A stretch of 63,523 nucleotides of DNA, filler included, from 5 parts of 5 records of this genome joined end to end with filler, not necessarily neighbours in it, one strand, 5' to 3'; positions 20,866 to 33,997 are shown, counted from the first letter of the whole stretch. The notes: a model not told the origin generated them from the letters alone. Numbers and translations: made by a program.

Positions 20866-23565
20866 GTGATAAAATATATAGTAATGTTGTTAATGCTAAT
20901 GATGGTTAAGATTTCATTAGCAGGCAATACAAAACTCCCGGTTAGTAATCATTATATTGATTCTTTATATCAAACGTTAAGTCTCGAAGAGCAGATTAAG
21001 TGTGTTTTAGTATCTCCTTTAGAAAAAGAAGCAGACACATTATTTAACTGGTTTGAATTAGAAGATTTGTTAGAGATGGAAGGATTAGCTAAACCTATGC
21101 TATCTGATGTAATGGTTCGCTCTGCTTTTTTATCTGGAAATAATCAAGCATTTCAGGAAAAGTTTATGCGTTTGCTTAGTCAGCGAAAAGGAGATGCTGT
21201 TTATTTTCCAATGCAATCACCATATGCTTTGATGTTTCAGAATAGTAGTAATGATGGAGTAGATATATTTCTGGAGCCTATTGGTAAATTGGCGGTACCA
21301 TATTTAAGTGCAGATTCAGTTAATTCTGCTTATGAATCTTTCTTGTATAAAATGCCGAAGAGAATCATGTCTTCGCATACCTTACATATTTACACCAAAC
21401 TACAACAAGACTTAAGAGTTAAAGAGGGAAATATAAAAGGTGCTGAATGGAAGGATATGCAGAATGTATTGCAGGAATATGAGAACCCTTCGTTAGAACT
21501 GATTTTGTATCAGGGAGGATTAATTTATTCGGATAATTATAAGGAGGATCTTTCAACCTTAGCAAGGCTTTTTCAGAATGATGTATTGCCATCTGATTTG
21601 CTCGAAAGGAGTTGTAAAAAACGTTTATTAATTCAAAAGTTAAAAGAGTATCGTCCCAGCTATGAATCGTATCATTCCATCGCAGAAGAGATAAAGATAG
21701 TTATAAATGAATTGTACAGAAAGGGCACTGTTTTATTACAAAACAAACAAGGTATACCCTTAAATCAAATTCATAAACGGAAGATAGCATCTATTCATAT
21801 TGGTGTTGATGGAGAGTCTGAATTTCAGCATACTTTATCTAAGTATACTCAAGTTGATCATTTCTATCTAAAGGACGTTCCCGGAACTGAAGATGTGTTG
21901 AAATTGAACAGGCAAATGTTAGAATACAATACCATAATTGTTGGAGTAAATGGCGATTGGTATGAAGAGGAAAAGAATGTTTCTATGTATTCATTTTTGC
22001 ATCAAATATCGATTTCAGCAGATCTTATTCTTGTGCATTTTGGTTCCGGAAATCGTTTGGTAAATCTGCCTAGTAATAATCCTTTTAAAGCTATTCTATT
22101 GGCTTTTGATACGAGTAATGAGGCGCAGAAAGTAGCGGCTCAAATGGTTTTTGGTGGTATCGCAGCAGAAGCTGTGCTGGCTAAAAATATTAACGGACAT
22201 TATTCATTTGGAACAGGAGAGAAGACGAAAAAATGTCGTTTGGGATATGCGCCAGCTTATATGGAAGCTATAGAAGATACATTATCATTGATTGACCAGA
22301 TTGCTTATAAGGCCATTCGGGAAAGAGCAACTCCCGGATGTCAGGTATTAGTTGCAAAAAATGGTGATGTTATCTACAATAAAGCATTTGGTTATCATAC
22401 CTATAGTAAAAAGCGTCATGTAAAGACGACAGATTTGTATGATATTGCTTCGGTAACTAAGATTATAGCTTCTGTTTCATCTGTTATGAAGATGTACGAT
22501 GAAGGAAAATTAACATTAGATGATTCTTTATCTCATTTGTTGCCACGATTAGAAGGAAGTAATAAAGAGAGCCTGTTATTAAAGGATATGCTTATTCATC
22601 AAGCCGGACTTGAATCCTGGATTCCGTTTTATACTTTGACGATTGATAAAGAACGCTTAAAGGGAGAGGTTTATAATAGACGGTATTCTTCGATTTATAA
22701 TATAAAACTTGATACACGGTTGTATATGAATAAAACGGCTCACTATCGAAGTGATATCTTTAGACGTAGCCGAAGTAATGATTTCAGTATTAGGGTTTGT
22801 GATGATTTATTCATGAATAAGGCGTATCTGGATTCCATGCAAATGATTATTGATACATCCAAGGTGGAATTAGATCCGGAATACAAATACAGTGATTTAG
22901 GTTATTACTATTTAAAGGAAATCATTGAAAAAACGTTTCAAAAACCATTAAATGAATATGTGGAAGAAACCTTCTTTAAGCCTATTGGAGCTGGAAGAAT
23001 GCAATATTTACCCCTTGAAAAATTTAACAAGCGAGAAATTATCCCTACCGAGAATGATAAAGCATTCAGAGAAGAAATGATTCACGGATATGTACACGAT
23101 CCCGGCGCAGCAATGTTGGGTGGCGTGGGAGGTCATGCCGGTATTTTTGCCAATGCACAGGACTTAGCCAAGATGTTGCAAATGTATTTGAACAGAGGTA
23201 TATATGGATGCGAGAGATTTATTGATTCGACAACGATAGAAACCTTTACTTCTGTGGTGAAAGAAGGAAACAGAAGAGGGCTAGGGTTTGATAAACCGGT
23301 TCTTGATCCTGAAATATCAGGGCCTTCTTGTAAAGAGGCATCGCCGTTATCTTATGGTCATTCTGGTTTTACAGGTACTTTGGTTTGGGTAGATCCAAAA
23401 TATGATTTAATTTATATTTTCCTGTCTAATCGTATTCACCCTAATCAATATAATAAGCAATTGATAAAGACAGATGTGCGTACCAATATACAATCTGCTA
23501 TATATAGATCCTTACCTGAATATTGGGAGGGCTTAAAAAAAGATACCGTTTCTAATCAAAATTAA
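20866..23565 (+). CDS. Serine hydrolase (beta-lactamase/AmpC-like) fused to a degenerate GH3-like region
   Basis: Signal peptide; PG.QV.VA, ASVTK (SxxK), YSDLG, VHDPGA, GHSGFTG; GH3-C-like VLLQNK segment. Confidence 0.8.
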   Translation: MIKYIVMLLMLMMVKISLAGNTKLPVSNHYIDSLYQTLSLEEQIKCVLVSPLEKEADTLFNWFELEDLLEMEGLAKPMLSDVMVRSAFLSGNNQAFQEKFMRLLSQRKGDAVYFPMQSPYALMFQNSSNDGVDIFLEPIGKLAVPYLSADSVNSAYESFLYKMPKRIMSSHTLHIYTKLQQDLRVKEGNIKGAEWKDMQNVLQEYENPSLELILYQGGLIYSDNYKEDLSTLARLFQNDVLPSDLLERSCKKRLLIQKLKEYRPSYESYHSIAEEIKIVINELYRKGTVLLQNKQGIPLNQIHKRKIASIHIGVDGESEFQHTLSKYTQVDHFYLKDVPGTEDVLKLNRQMLEYNTIIVGVNGDWYEEEKNVSMYSFLHQISISADLILVHFGSGNRLVNLPSNNPFKAILLAFDTSNEAQKVAAQMVFGGIAAEAVLAKNINGHYSFGTGEKTKKCRLGYAPAYMEAIEDTLSLIDQIAYKAIRERATPGCQVLVAKNGDVIYNKAFGYHTYSKKRHVKTTDLYDIASVTKIIASVSSVMKMYDEGKLTLDDSLSHLLPRLEGSNKESLLLKDMLIHQAGLESWIPFYTLTIDKERLKGEVYNRRYSSIYNIKLDTRLYMNKTAHYRSDIFRRSRSNDFSIRVCDDLFMNKAYLDSMQMIIDTSKVELDPEYKYSDLGYYYLKEIIEKTFQKPLNEYVEETFFKPIGAGRMQYLPLEKFNKREIIPTENDKAFREEMIHGYVHDPGAAMLGGVGGHAGIFANAQDLAKMLQMYLNRGIYGCERFIDSTTIETFTSVVKEGNRRGLGFDKPVLDPEISGPSCKEASPLSYGHSGFTGTLVWVDPKYDLIYIFLSNRIHPNQYNKQLIKTDVRTNIQSAIYRSLPEYWEGLKKDTVSNQN

Positions 23566-23608
23566 AAACGGTATAATTTATTGCTGTTATAAAAATCTTA
23601 ATAGAGTC

Positions 23609-24913
23609 TTACTTCAGGTTATAAAAGTGTGTAAAAGCTTTAATAGCATAACTGTGATCCAATACACCTCCTAACTCACGTACAGAATGCATCGCCAACA
23701 TGGGATTTCCCATATCCATAGTTCTGATGTCAATCTGCCCGGTAGAAACATTCCCCAAAGTAGATCCTCCGGCTGCATCAGATCGGTTTACGAACTTTTG
23801 AAAAGGAACTCCTGCATCTTTACATATAGTTTCAAATACCGCGCTTGAGTTACCATCAGTTGTATATTTCTGATTGGCGTGGATCTTAATTACGGGACCG
23901 TCATTAAGGACAGGGTGTAAAACAGGATCGTGTTTATCTACATTATTCGGATGAATAGAATGTGCCATATCAGCAGAAATCATAAACGACAGATATAGCG
24001 TTTTATAAAAGTCATCAGAACTCTGACCTAAGGCAGTATTTATACGTTTTAAAATATTGCTAAATACCGGAGAGCCTGCACCTTGCTTTGTAACACTTCC
24101 TACTTCCTCATTGTCAAAAATACAAAGCATTTGCGTGGTGTCTTCATTATTGCTATCAAGCAAAGCTTTTAATCCGCCATGAACCATAGCTAAGTCATCG
24201 AGTTTTGCTGAGCTGATCATTTCGTTATTCAATCCCAGAATACAACCTTTTTCATATTCATAAAGTGTTAAATCGAAATCAATAATGTCATCTGTTTGAA
24301 TATTTAATTCTTCAGCAATGAGTTTAAGTAAGAAATTGTCCTTCTCAAAATCATCGTTAACCACCGAAATAAGAGGAAGCATATCTACTTGTTTATTTAA
24401 TTCTATTCCGTTGTTAACCTTGCGATTCAGGTGAATAGCCAGGTTGGGAATTGTTAATAATGGCCTTTTAAAATTAACAAAAGCAGACTGAGGATGAAGA
24501 GGATGATCTCCTTTTAAGATAACTCTTCCAGCCATCGATAAAGGTCTGTCTAACCACGACATTAAAATTGGACCTCCATATACTTCCGTGTTTAGTTTTA
24601 GAAGCTTGTCTTCAACGAGAATTTCAGGATTGGGCTTAATTTTAAAGCTCGGAGAATCGCTATGGGCACTAATAATTTTAATACCTGTTTCGGCCAGGTT
24701 TTTCTTACCTATGGTAAATGCAAATATGGCTGAATCATTTTTAGTAGTGAAATATTTTTTCCCTTTCTCTAGCTTCCAGGTTTCAGTTAATGAAAGTTCT
24801 TGAAAACCTTGTTTATTTAATTCCTCTTTTATATTTCCAACTACATGATATGGAGATGGGCTATCGTATATAAAATCAATTAGTTCCTGTGCTAATACTT
24901 GTTCTTTGCTCAT
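23609..24913 (-). CDS. apeB: M18 family aspartyl aminopeptidase
   Basis: SPSPYH, AHSDSP, LDDL, DNEEVGS, SADMAH, GGSTLG, MHSVRE. Confidence 0.93.
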   Translation of the reverse strand: MSKEQVLAQELIDFIYDSPSPYHVVGNIKEELNKQGFQELSLTETWKLEKGKKYFTTKNDSAIFAFTIGKKNLAETGIKIISAHSDSPSFKIKPNPEILVEDKLLKLNTEVYGGPILMSWLDRPLSMAGRVILKGDHPLHPQSAFVNFKRPLLTIPNLAIHLNRKVNNGIELNKQVDMLPLISVVNDDFEKDNFLLKLIAEELNIQTDDIIDFDLTLYEYEKGCILGLNNEMISSAKLDDLAMVHGGLKALLDSNNEDTTQMLCIFDNEEVGSVTKQGAGSPVFSNILKRINTALGQSSDDFYKTLYLSFMISADMAHSIHPNNVDKHDPVLHPVLNDGPVIKIHANQKYTTDGNSSAVFETICKDAGVPFQKFVNRSDAAGGSTLGNVSTGQIDIRTMDMGNPMLAMHSVRELGGVLDHSYAIKAFTHFYNLK

Positions 24914-25171
24914 GTTTTAAAATTTGATGCAATTTATAAAATCCCTTTGTTTGTTGCATAACAAGCAGCTATGAGTTTTGTTAGGGTTGAGGCAATATTT
25001 TTATTCGTAATTTGTCATGGAACTTTTCTAACCTTCATGCTGTTAAACTCATATTAGTGATGAGAATTGAAAGTATATTGAGTTGAAATGAGCCATGAGA
25101 GAAATTTCATACGCAAGGGAATGACTAATTTGGCGAAATCCGTTAGATCATAAAATATAAAATTTATACAG

Positions 25172-25759
25172 ATGAAAGAGGAATTAAAGAAATTATTGAT
25201 GGGCTTTCCCTTACTCACGGAAGAAGAGAGGCAATTGATATTGGATAATTCTGATGTACGGAAGTTTTCGAAAGGAACTATTCTTTTAAAGGAAGGGCAA
25301 ATATCCACAGAGTGTTATTCTGTATTGAAAGGGATTGTTCGTGAATATTATATGGTTGATGGGGAAGAAAAAACAACCAACTTTTTTAGCGAAGGACAAG
25401 CAGTCAATTCTTTCACCTCTATTTCTAATAATACTCCGTCTAAACATTATTGGGTTTGCACCGAAGATTGTGTTCTGGTGGTTGGTACCCAAAGTCTGGA
25501 AGAAGAAATGTGTAAAAGAATTCCTAAACTGGAAGGTATCATACGTAAAGAAGTTGAACGATTGTCTGGTGAGGCACAGGACGAATTAGCCGCCTTTATT
25601 ATTTCCTCACCAGAACAGCGTTATTTAAGACTGATGGAAAAAAGGCCTGAGCTTTTCCATCGAGTACCCTTGCATCAAATAGCTAGTTTTTTAGGTATTA
25701 CTGCTGAGTCATTGAGTAGAATTCGAAAAAGAATATTTAGCAAAAAAGTAGTGAATTAG
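25172..25759 (+). CDS. Crp/Fnr family transcriptional regulator
   Basis: cNMP-binding-like N-terminus; IASFLGITAESLSRIRK HTH. Confidence 0.9.
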   Translation: MKEELKKLLMGFPLLTEEERQLILDNSDVRKFSKGTILLKEGQISTECYSVLKGIVREYYMVDGEEKTTNFFSEGQAVNSFTSISNNTPSKHYWVCTEDCVLVVGTQSLEEEMCKRIPKLEGIIRKEVERLSGEAQDELAAFIISSPEQRYLRLMEKRPELFHRVPLHQIASFLGITAESLSRIRKRIFSKKVVN

Positions 25760-26736
25760 TTTGTAGAATGTACCAACACCACATTTCCTCTTTTGTGTCC
25801 GGTATCTACCAAACGATGTGCATCAACAACATGAGCAAAAGGAAATGACTGATTAATAACAGGATCAAGTGATTTTCTTTCAGTTAGATTCAGTAAATCT
25901 TTTAACATAGGTTTTAATTCTTTTACAGGTTTAAGTCCTGTAGCTGTGAATTTAGCTTTTTTCGATAAAAAGATTCCGGAAAACATAACCTGCATTAATA
26001 AAGAAAGGCTTAGTACAGGCGAAATATAACAACCACCCGGTTTTAAAGCCTTCCTGCAGTCGCAGTATTTACTTTTTCCTACCGTATCAAATATTACGTC
26101 GTATTGGTTTTTAAGCGATGTAAAATCTTCCTGAGAATAATCGATTACCTGATGTGCTCCTAAGGATTGTACAAATTGAATGTTTTTTGTGCTGCATACG
26201 CCGCTGACTTTGGCTCCAAGATTTGCAGCTATTTGAGTAGCAGCACTACCAATGCTTCCTGCTGCTCCATTGATCAGTACTTTTTGGCCGGGTTTAATTT
26301 CCGCCAGTTTATATAAAAAGTTAGCTGCAGTTAGTGCTCCATCGCACAGAATAGCTGCTTTTTCAAAACTTAAGGAAGCTGGTTTGTGTAAGATCAAATG
26401 ATCCTCCGACGTGCATACATAATCTGCATTGGTTCCAAAACCAAGTGCAGTTTCTCCAAAAACTTCATCGCCGGGTTTAAAATTATTTATCTTACAGCCA
26501 ACAGCTTCAACTACCCCAGAGTAGCCTGTTCCTGTAATTGCAGACTTAGGTTTAGTTAAGCCCAAAAATAACCTGGCATATTTAGGAGTTCCCTGACGCA
26601 TCATACTTTCTGCGGTAGTTATACTCGATACTTTTATTTTAACAAGAATTTCGTTCTCTGTAGGACTTGGTTTTTCAATTTCTTGAATTTTTAATACCTC
26701 CGGACCTCCATACTTTGTACAAACGACTGCTTTCAT
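25756..26736 (-). CDS. NAD(P)-dependent MDR-family oxidoreductase
   Basis: YGGPEVL, GDEVFG, INGAAGSIG, IDY, GHKRGNVV. Confidence 0.9.
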   Translation of the reverse strand: MKAVVCTKYGGPEVLKIQEIEKPSPTENEILVKIKVSSITTAESMMRQGTPKYARLFLGLTKPKSAITGTGYSGVVEAVGCKINNFKPGDEVFGETALGFGTNADYVCTSEDHLILHKPASLSFEKAAILCDGALTAANFLYKLAEIKPGQKVLINGAAGSIGSAATQIAANLGAKVSGVCSTKNIQFVQSLGAHQVIDYSQEDFTSLKNQYDVIFDTVGKSKYCDCRKALKPGGCYISPVLSLSLLMQVMFSGIFLSKKAKFTATGLKPVKELKPMLKDLLNLTERKSLDPVINQSFPFAHVVDAHRLVDTGHKRGNVVLVHSTN

Positions 26737-26900
26737 TGTATTTCATTTTTAAGTTTTTATCTGATACAAAGTTAAAAGGGAGCCTTAGTACAATTCCTTG
26801 ACTTTAGTTAAGAAGTTTGAATTATAAAAAGAATAATCATTATTAGTTAAAATAGAAATGATTTATATTTGTCTCTTAATTAAAAAATAAGACCATAACT

Positions 26901-29900
26901 ATGAAAATTATTCTCTCTTCAATAGTAATTATTTTAATCACATGTAGTAGTCTGTTCGCAGAACAATATACACTTACTGACGATGATGTAATAGTAGAAG
27001 GTGGCTTTATAATCAGTTGTACTTATAATCCTTTTATTTCTGGAATGTTTGAAATTATTATTCCAAATGAACTTGATGGACAAAAAATAATAGGTGTTGC
27101 TTCTGGATCATCTAACTTAAAAGGAGTGTTTTGTAATAAATATTTATCTAGAGTTATTTTTCCAGAAAGTATTGAAGTAATTGGAGATTATTCTTTTTCT
27201 GCAAATGCATTAAAAGAAGTGGATTTAACCAATCTGATTAATTTAAGGGAAATTGGAATAGGTGCATTTATGCAAAATAATATTTCAGCTATTAGTTTTG
27301 AAGGATGCAAAAATCTAAATACTATCGGAATAAAATCATTTCTTGGGAATAACCTAAATGCTATTGATTTAAGTAACTTAAGTAATTTAACTTCAATTGG
27401 GGCTGAAGCATTTTATGGTAAATATTTAAAAAGTATGACATTACCAAATGGGGAAGTTAATGGATTTTGGGGGTGGAAAGATATTGATGGTATAATATAT
27501 AATTCTGGGGCTATTGTAACTGATTTAACTAAATTATATTATGTGCCTAAACCATATGAGTTAAAGGATGAAGATGTTGAGGTTGTTGATGGAGTTATCG
27601 TTTCTGTGGAATCGGAGAACGAATTTTATGAATTGATAATTCCAGAAATATTAGATGGGCAAAGTGTTATTGGTATTTCAGGAGGAGAAAACTCTGGAGT
27701 TGGTTTATTTGAAAATAAGAAGATTAAAAGTGTTGAGCTACCTTCTACTTTAAGAAATATAGGCTATAGAGCATTTAAAAATAATTATATAGAAAGATTA
27801 GATTTATCAGTATGTGCTAATATTGAATCAATAGGTAATTCTGCATTTGCAAATAATAGTAAATTGAAGAGTGTTAATCTTGGAAATTCTTAAAATCATT
27901 AGGAGATTATGCATTTTGCAAGAATAAGAATCTAAATCTTTTAAATTTAGAAAATTGTGAGGCATTAAAAAGTATTGGAGATTATACTTTTGCAGATTGT
28001 TTACTGTCGGAATTGGATTTAAGTAGTTGTTTATCTATGGATTCAATTGGGAATGGTGCTTTTCAAAATTGTGCTACTATAAGTGTAGATTTTAATAATT
28101 TAGTTTCTTTGGAATATATTGGAAGTAGAGCATTTTCTAATTTGCAAATACAAGAGGTGGATTTAAGCTCTTGTAAATCTTTAGTTGAAATTGGCAGGTA
28201 TGCTTTTTTTAACTGTAAGATAGATTCTATCAATATTGTAAATTGTGAATCACTTCAAAATATTAGAGAGAACGCTTTTTTTAGTAATTCATTGAAAACA
28301 GGCTTTAAATTACCTGTTAATAAACAATATGGAGAGTTGGGGTGGAAAGATTCTAACAATAGAGCTTATGCAGGTGGAGATATAGTTAGTGATTTAGAAG
28401 CTTACTACTATTTACCAGTTCCATATACTTTAACAGATAGAGATGTTTTTGTTGATAATGGTATAATCGAATCTTGTTTATATAATTTTGAGCGAAAAGA
28501 AATAATAATTCCGGATATTTTAGATGGGCAAGTGGTTACTGCTATCAGAGGTTATTATGATGAAGATTATGGAGTATTTGCAGGAAAGGGTATTCATAGT
28601 ATTGTTTTGCCTTCGGGATTAACTAATATAGGGGACAATGCTTTTTTTAATAATAAATTACAGTCACTAGATTTTTCACAATGCCCATCGTTGAATGAAA
28701 TAGGAAGAAATGCCTTTCTAAATAACAGCATAAAATCTCTGAGTATAAGTTGTCAATCGCTAGAAAGCATAGGAGATTATGCTTTTAAAGGTAATTATTT
28801 GGAAAAGGTAGATTTAAGTGATTGTAACTCGTTGCAAAATATAGGACAAAGTGCTTATTACCAAAATGAAGGTGTCAATTGTATTCTAAAATTACCAGTA
28901 AATGAAGAATATAATGATCTTGGATGGAAAGATACTGATGGAGAAATATTTAATGGAGGAGGTGAGGTTGATAATATGTATTCATTTTATTACATACCTA
29001 TTCCATATACGTTGAAAGATGATGATGTTGTGGTTGTTGATGGAATAATTAAAGAATGCACCAATAAATTTGGAACGAAAGATATAATAATACCAAACGT
29101 TCTGGATGGTCAGGATATAGTAGGTATTGATGATGCTTCATATGATACGTATAATTATATGTTTTCTTATAGAGGTATTAGAAGTGTGGTTTTACCTAAA
29201 AGTTTAATAACGATTGGTAAAAATACATTTTCCTTCAATCAATTAAACTATATTGATCTTACATCATGCCCTATGTTGGAAGAGGTAGGGGATTATGCAT
29301 TCTCATATAATAAAATAAAAGAGGTTGACTTTTCTAATGCAAGTTATTTGTTTAAAATTAAAGAGGGTGCTTTTAGAAATAATATGCTGGATAGCTTAGG
29401 TTTAAGTGAATGTGAAAGGTTGGAATTGGTTGGAGAAGCTGCTTTTTAGTAGTAATAATTTGAGTAGTCTGAACTTAAACTTCTGTAATAACTGTGAATG
29501 TAGTGACTTGGATGTTAATTATACTTCAGTCGATTGGGTAAATACTGGAGCATGTACTTCTCTTAAAGAAATTGGAAGATATGCATTTTCAGATAATAAA
29601 TTAACCAGTTTAGATTTAACATTTTGTACTTCATTGAATAATATTAATGATTATGCATTTTATAATAACAAGTTAAACGAAATAGATTTTTCAAATTGTA
29701 AGAATATTAAGAAGATAGGAAAATATGCTTTTAGTGCTAATGAATTAAAAAGCTTTGAGTTACCAACGCCAAAAACTCCAAACTTTATATTTTACGACTG
29801 GATAGAAAGTGTATATGGTAAACATATTGATGGAGGTAAGGTTGTTAGTGATTTAGCAGCGTCCTATACAGCTTATATTACTCCTGTGGTACATATTGCA

Positions 29901-30373
29901 TTTGTTGTTGGAGATGGTAATGATTCTGTTGAAGGAGCTACTGTAGAAATAATAGGACTTGAAAGTAAGGTGACAAATGCTTCTGGAATTGTTCAGTTTG
30001 AGATATTAAATGGAAATCAACAGTTAAAATACACTATAACCTCAAATGGACATAAAACAAGAAATGGTTATTTAATTGTTGGAGAGGAGAATATAATAAG
30101 AGAAGTAGCTTTGCAAAGAGCTTATGATATAGAATTTTATATAAATGATGGTAAAAACCCATTATATGGGGTAGAAGTAACATTAGAGAATTATGATTTT
30201 CAATTGTCAGATAATGATGGAATAGTAAAGTTTGAAGAAGTATTACCTGTGAATTCAATAAATTATTGGGTCTCATTTAATGATAAATTGCTTTATTCAG
30301 GAACGTTACAATTAACAAATCATATCAAAGAATCTATATCATTAAACACTAGCCTCCGAAAGTTTTAGAGAAA
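26901..30373 (+). pseudogene. BspA-type leucine-rich-repeat surface protein, frameshifted
   Basis: L..IG..AF repeats continue across ORFs 26901-27893, 28013-29449 and 29406-30368 through 1-nt frameshifts at ~27890 and 29443-29447; Ig-like C-terminal region. Confidence 0.8.
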
Positions 30374-30473
30374 NNNNNNNNNNNNNNNNNNNNNNNNNNN
30401 NNNNNNNNNNNNNNNNNTTAATTAATTAANNNNNNNNNNNNNNNNNNNNNNNNNNNNNNNNNNNNNNNNNNNN
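30374..30473. other. Artificial contig-joining spacer
   Basis: N-run + TTAATTAATTAA + N-run. Confidence 0.98.
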
Positions 30474-31358
<885 letters not shown>

Positions 31359-31484
31359 TAAGCTCCGGAAGAGATTTTTTGAACATAATATTAAATATCA
31401 TACTTTATCCTAAATTTTTGTTTAAATTTAATGCATCTTACGTATTTATATTAGGTGTAATTTAAATCTAAGAGGAGGCAATGT

Positions 31485-32336
31485 ATGGGAGTTAGAATTA
31501 TAACAGATTCTATAAGTGATATTTCTGCTAATGTTGCAAAGAAATTTAATATTGATGTCTTGCCGATAAATGTCGTGCTTGATGGTATTTATTATAAGGA
31601 TGATACTAATTTTTCTCAGGAACTTTTAATAAACTGGATAGAGAGGAATAAGGCGTTCCCGTCATTTGTAGGTATTAATCCAGAGGAGTTCAAGAGTGCT
31701 TTTGCAAAATATGCACAGGACAATACTGATATTGTGGTAATAACTGCAGATGATAAGATAATATCAAACTATAACTGTGCGATGCATGCTGCAACACTTT
31801 TTGAGAATATTAACATTCATGTGATAAACTCTGAGACGTTCTCTACAGCTCAGGCTATACTGGTATTAAAAGCAACAGACATGGCAAAGCAGGGATTTGC
31901 TTCTCATAAAATAGCGGATGAAATACAAAGACTTGTGAAACATCCTCAAATGCATATGATATTCGAAAGTATTGCTTTCATGAAAAATACTGATTATTGT
32001 CCTGCAATACTGAGAATGGGAGAGTCGCTTCTACATGTTAAATATCATTTTACTGCTGTTGTTGGAAAAGACTATACAGCAGAGCCTATTACAGGTAGTG
32101 GTGATAAAGTAATAGAAAAATACTGCAAATTTGCATTTAAAAAACATAGTAAAGCTGAAAAAGACAGATTAGTAATTATGTATACTTTAGGTTCGGAAAA
32201 TAAAGTGGATTATGTACATAGATATGCTGAGAATCTTGATTATTTTGACGAGATTCTTAAACTACCTTGCAGAAGCTATTCTAGCTCAATCGGAGGACGA
32301 GAATCAGTTGGATTTGCATTTATTCTAAGAATATAA
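31485..32336 (+). CDS. DegV/FakB family fatty acid-binding protein
   Basis: IITDS..D N-terminus, VINSE..S; GAGGAGG RBS. Confidence 0.8.
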   Translation: MGVRIITDSISDISANVAKKFNIDVLPINVVLDGIYYKDDTNFSQELLINWIERNKAFPSFVGINPEEFKSAFAKYAQDNTDIVVITADDKIISNYNCAMHAATLFENINIHVINSETFSTAQAILVLKATDMAKQGFASHKIADEIQRLVKHPQMHMIFESIAFMKNTDYCPAILRMGESLLHVKYHFTAVVGKDYTAEPITGSGDKVIEKYCKFAFKKHSKAEKDRLVIMYTLGSENKVDYVHRYAENLDYFDEILKLPCRSYSSSIGGRESVGFAFILRI

Positions 32337-32360
32337 TTAATAGAAAGGCATATAAAATAT

Positions 32361-33893
32361 ATGACAGATACTATTATAGTGCTGGATTTTGGCGGTCAAT
32401 ACAATCAGCTGATTGCCAGAAGAGTACGTGAAGCAAACGTATACTCAGAGATATTACCCTATACAGCAAGCTTAGACAGAATTAAATCCTATAACCCTAA
32501 GGGAATAATATTTACCGGAGGACCTAATTCCGTCAATGATGAAGAATCTCCCAGTTATGATAGAGAAATATTTGAACTAGGGATACCTATTCTCGGTATT
32601 TGTTATGGTGCGCAATTAATGTGCAAAATCCTAGGCGGTAAGGTATATAAGCCTGAACATAGAGAGTATGGACATACTTTAGTCAATGTAAAAAGCAATA
32701 GTTTTTTGTTTAGTGGATTGGATACTGAACAAAAGTGCTGGATGAGTCATTTTGACCAGATACAGGATGTACCTGAGGGTTTTGTTACAACAGCATCATC
32801 TGCTACATGTCCTCATGCATCAATGGAAAACCTAGAGAAAAAGTTATATGCAGTCCAGTATCATCCGGAGGTAGAGCACACTACAAATGGACAGAAGATG
32901 CTGACTAATTTCATATACAATGTCTGTAATTGTAAAGGTGACTGGACTATGTCCAATATTGCGGCAAATTGTATTAAAACAATTAAAGAAAAAGCAGGTG
33001 ACAAGAAGGTACTGCTGGCATTATCAGGAGGCGTAGATTCTTCTGTTGCTGCTGTTATGCTGTCTAAAGCTATTGGAAAAAACCTGACTTGTATTTTCGT
33101 AGATCATGGATTACTCAGGCTAAATGAAGGCGATCAGGTGCAGGAGATATTCGAAAAGGGATTTGATTTAAATTTTGTCAGGGTTAATGCAAAGGATAGA
33201 TTCTTGACTAAACTTGAAGGAATATCAGACCCTGAAAAAAAGCGCAAGATAATAGGTGAAGAATTTATTCGAGTATTCGAAGAAGAAGCGAAGAAAATCG
33301 GTAAAGTAGACTTTTTGGCTCAGGGTACTATCTATCCTGATGTAGTTGAATCAGGCGAAGGACATGCAGCCGTTATCAAGAGCCATCATAATGTAGGTGG
33401 ACTGCCTGATGCTGTGGATTTTGAGGAGATAATAGAACCTTTGAGGGATTTATTCAAGGATGAGGTTCGTAAGGTTGGACTGGAATTAGGATTATCCGAG
33501 GATTTAGTGTGGCGTCAGCCTTTCCCTGGTCCGGGACTGGCTATCAGGATAATCGGTGAAATAACTGATGAAAAGTTGGAGATACTAAAGCTGGCTGATG
33601 CAATCTACCGTGAGGAAATTGCTTTGGCTGGTTTAGACCGTGAGATTTGGCAGTATTTTGCTGCATTAACTAATACAAAGACAGTTGGTGTCATGGGCGA
33701 TGAGAGAACTTATGACCATGTTTTGGCTCTCAGGGCTGTAACAAGTGTAGATGCTATGACTGCTGACTGGGCACGTATACCATATGAAGTGTTGGCAAAG
33801 ATATCCAACAGGATAATAAATGAGGTTAAGCATATTAATAGGATTGTTTATGATATTACAAGTAAGCCTCCGGGGACTATTGAGTGGGAGTAG
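32361..33893 (+). CDS. guaA: GMP synthase (glutamine-hydrolysing)
   Basis: [42 protein letters not shown]. Confidence 0.98.
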   Translation: MTDTIIVLDFGGQYNQLIARRVREANVYSEILPYTASLDRIKSYNPKGIIFTGGPNSVNDEESPSYDREIFELGIPILGICYGAQLMCKILGGKVYKPEHREYGHTLVNVKSNSFLFSGLDTEQKCWMSHFDQIQDVPEGFVTTASSATCPHASMENLEKKLYAVQYHPEVEHTTNGQKMLTNFIYNVCNCKGDWTMSNIAANCIKTIKEKAGDKKVLLALSGGVDSSVAAVMLSKAIGKNLTCIFVDHGLLRLNEGDQVQEIFEKGFDLNFVRVNAKDRFLTKLEGISDPEKKRKIIGEEFIRVFEEEAKKIGKVDFLAQGTIYPDVVESGEGHAAVIKSHHNVGGLPDAVDFEEIIEPLRDLFKDEVRKVGLELGLSEDLVWRQPFPGPGLAIRIIGEITDEKLEILKLADAIYREEIALAGLDREIWQYFAALTNTKTVGVMGDERTYDHVLALRAVTSVDAMTADWARIPYEVLAKISNRIINEVKHINRIVYDITSKPPGTIEWE

Positions 33894-33970
33894 CAAATGT
33901 GACCTCAAAAAGCCACTTATAAGAGGGTTTTTGACCGTACAAGTGTCAATTTGGCAACGATTTGGCAACA
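33882..33970 (+). repeat. attL: core plus tandem arm-type sites
   Basis: Core GAGTGGGAGTA in the last guaA codons; TTGGCAAC twice with 11-bp period (33951, 33962). Confidence 0.75.
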
Positions 33971-33997
33971 TTGATTGTATAAAATAGAATTCATTTT

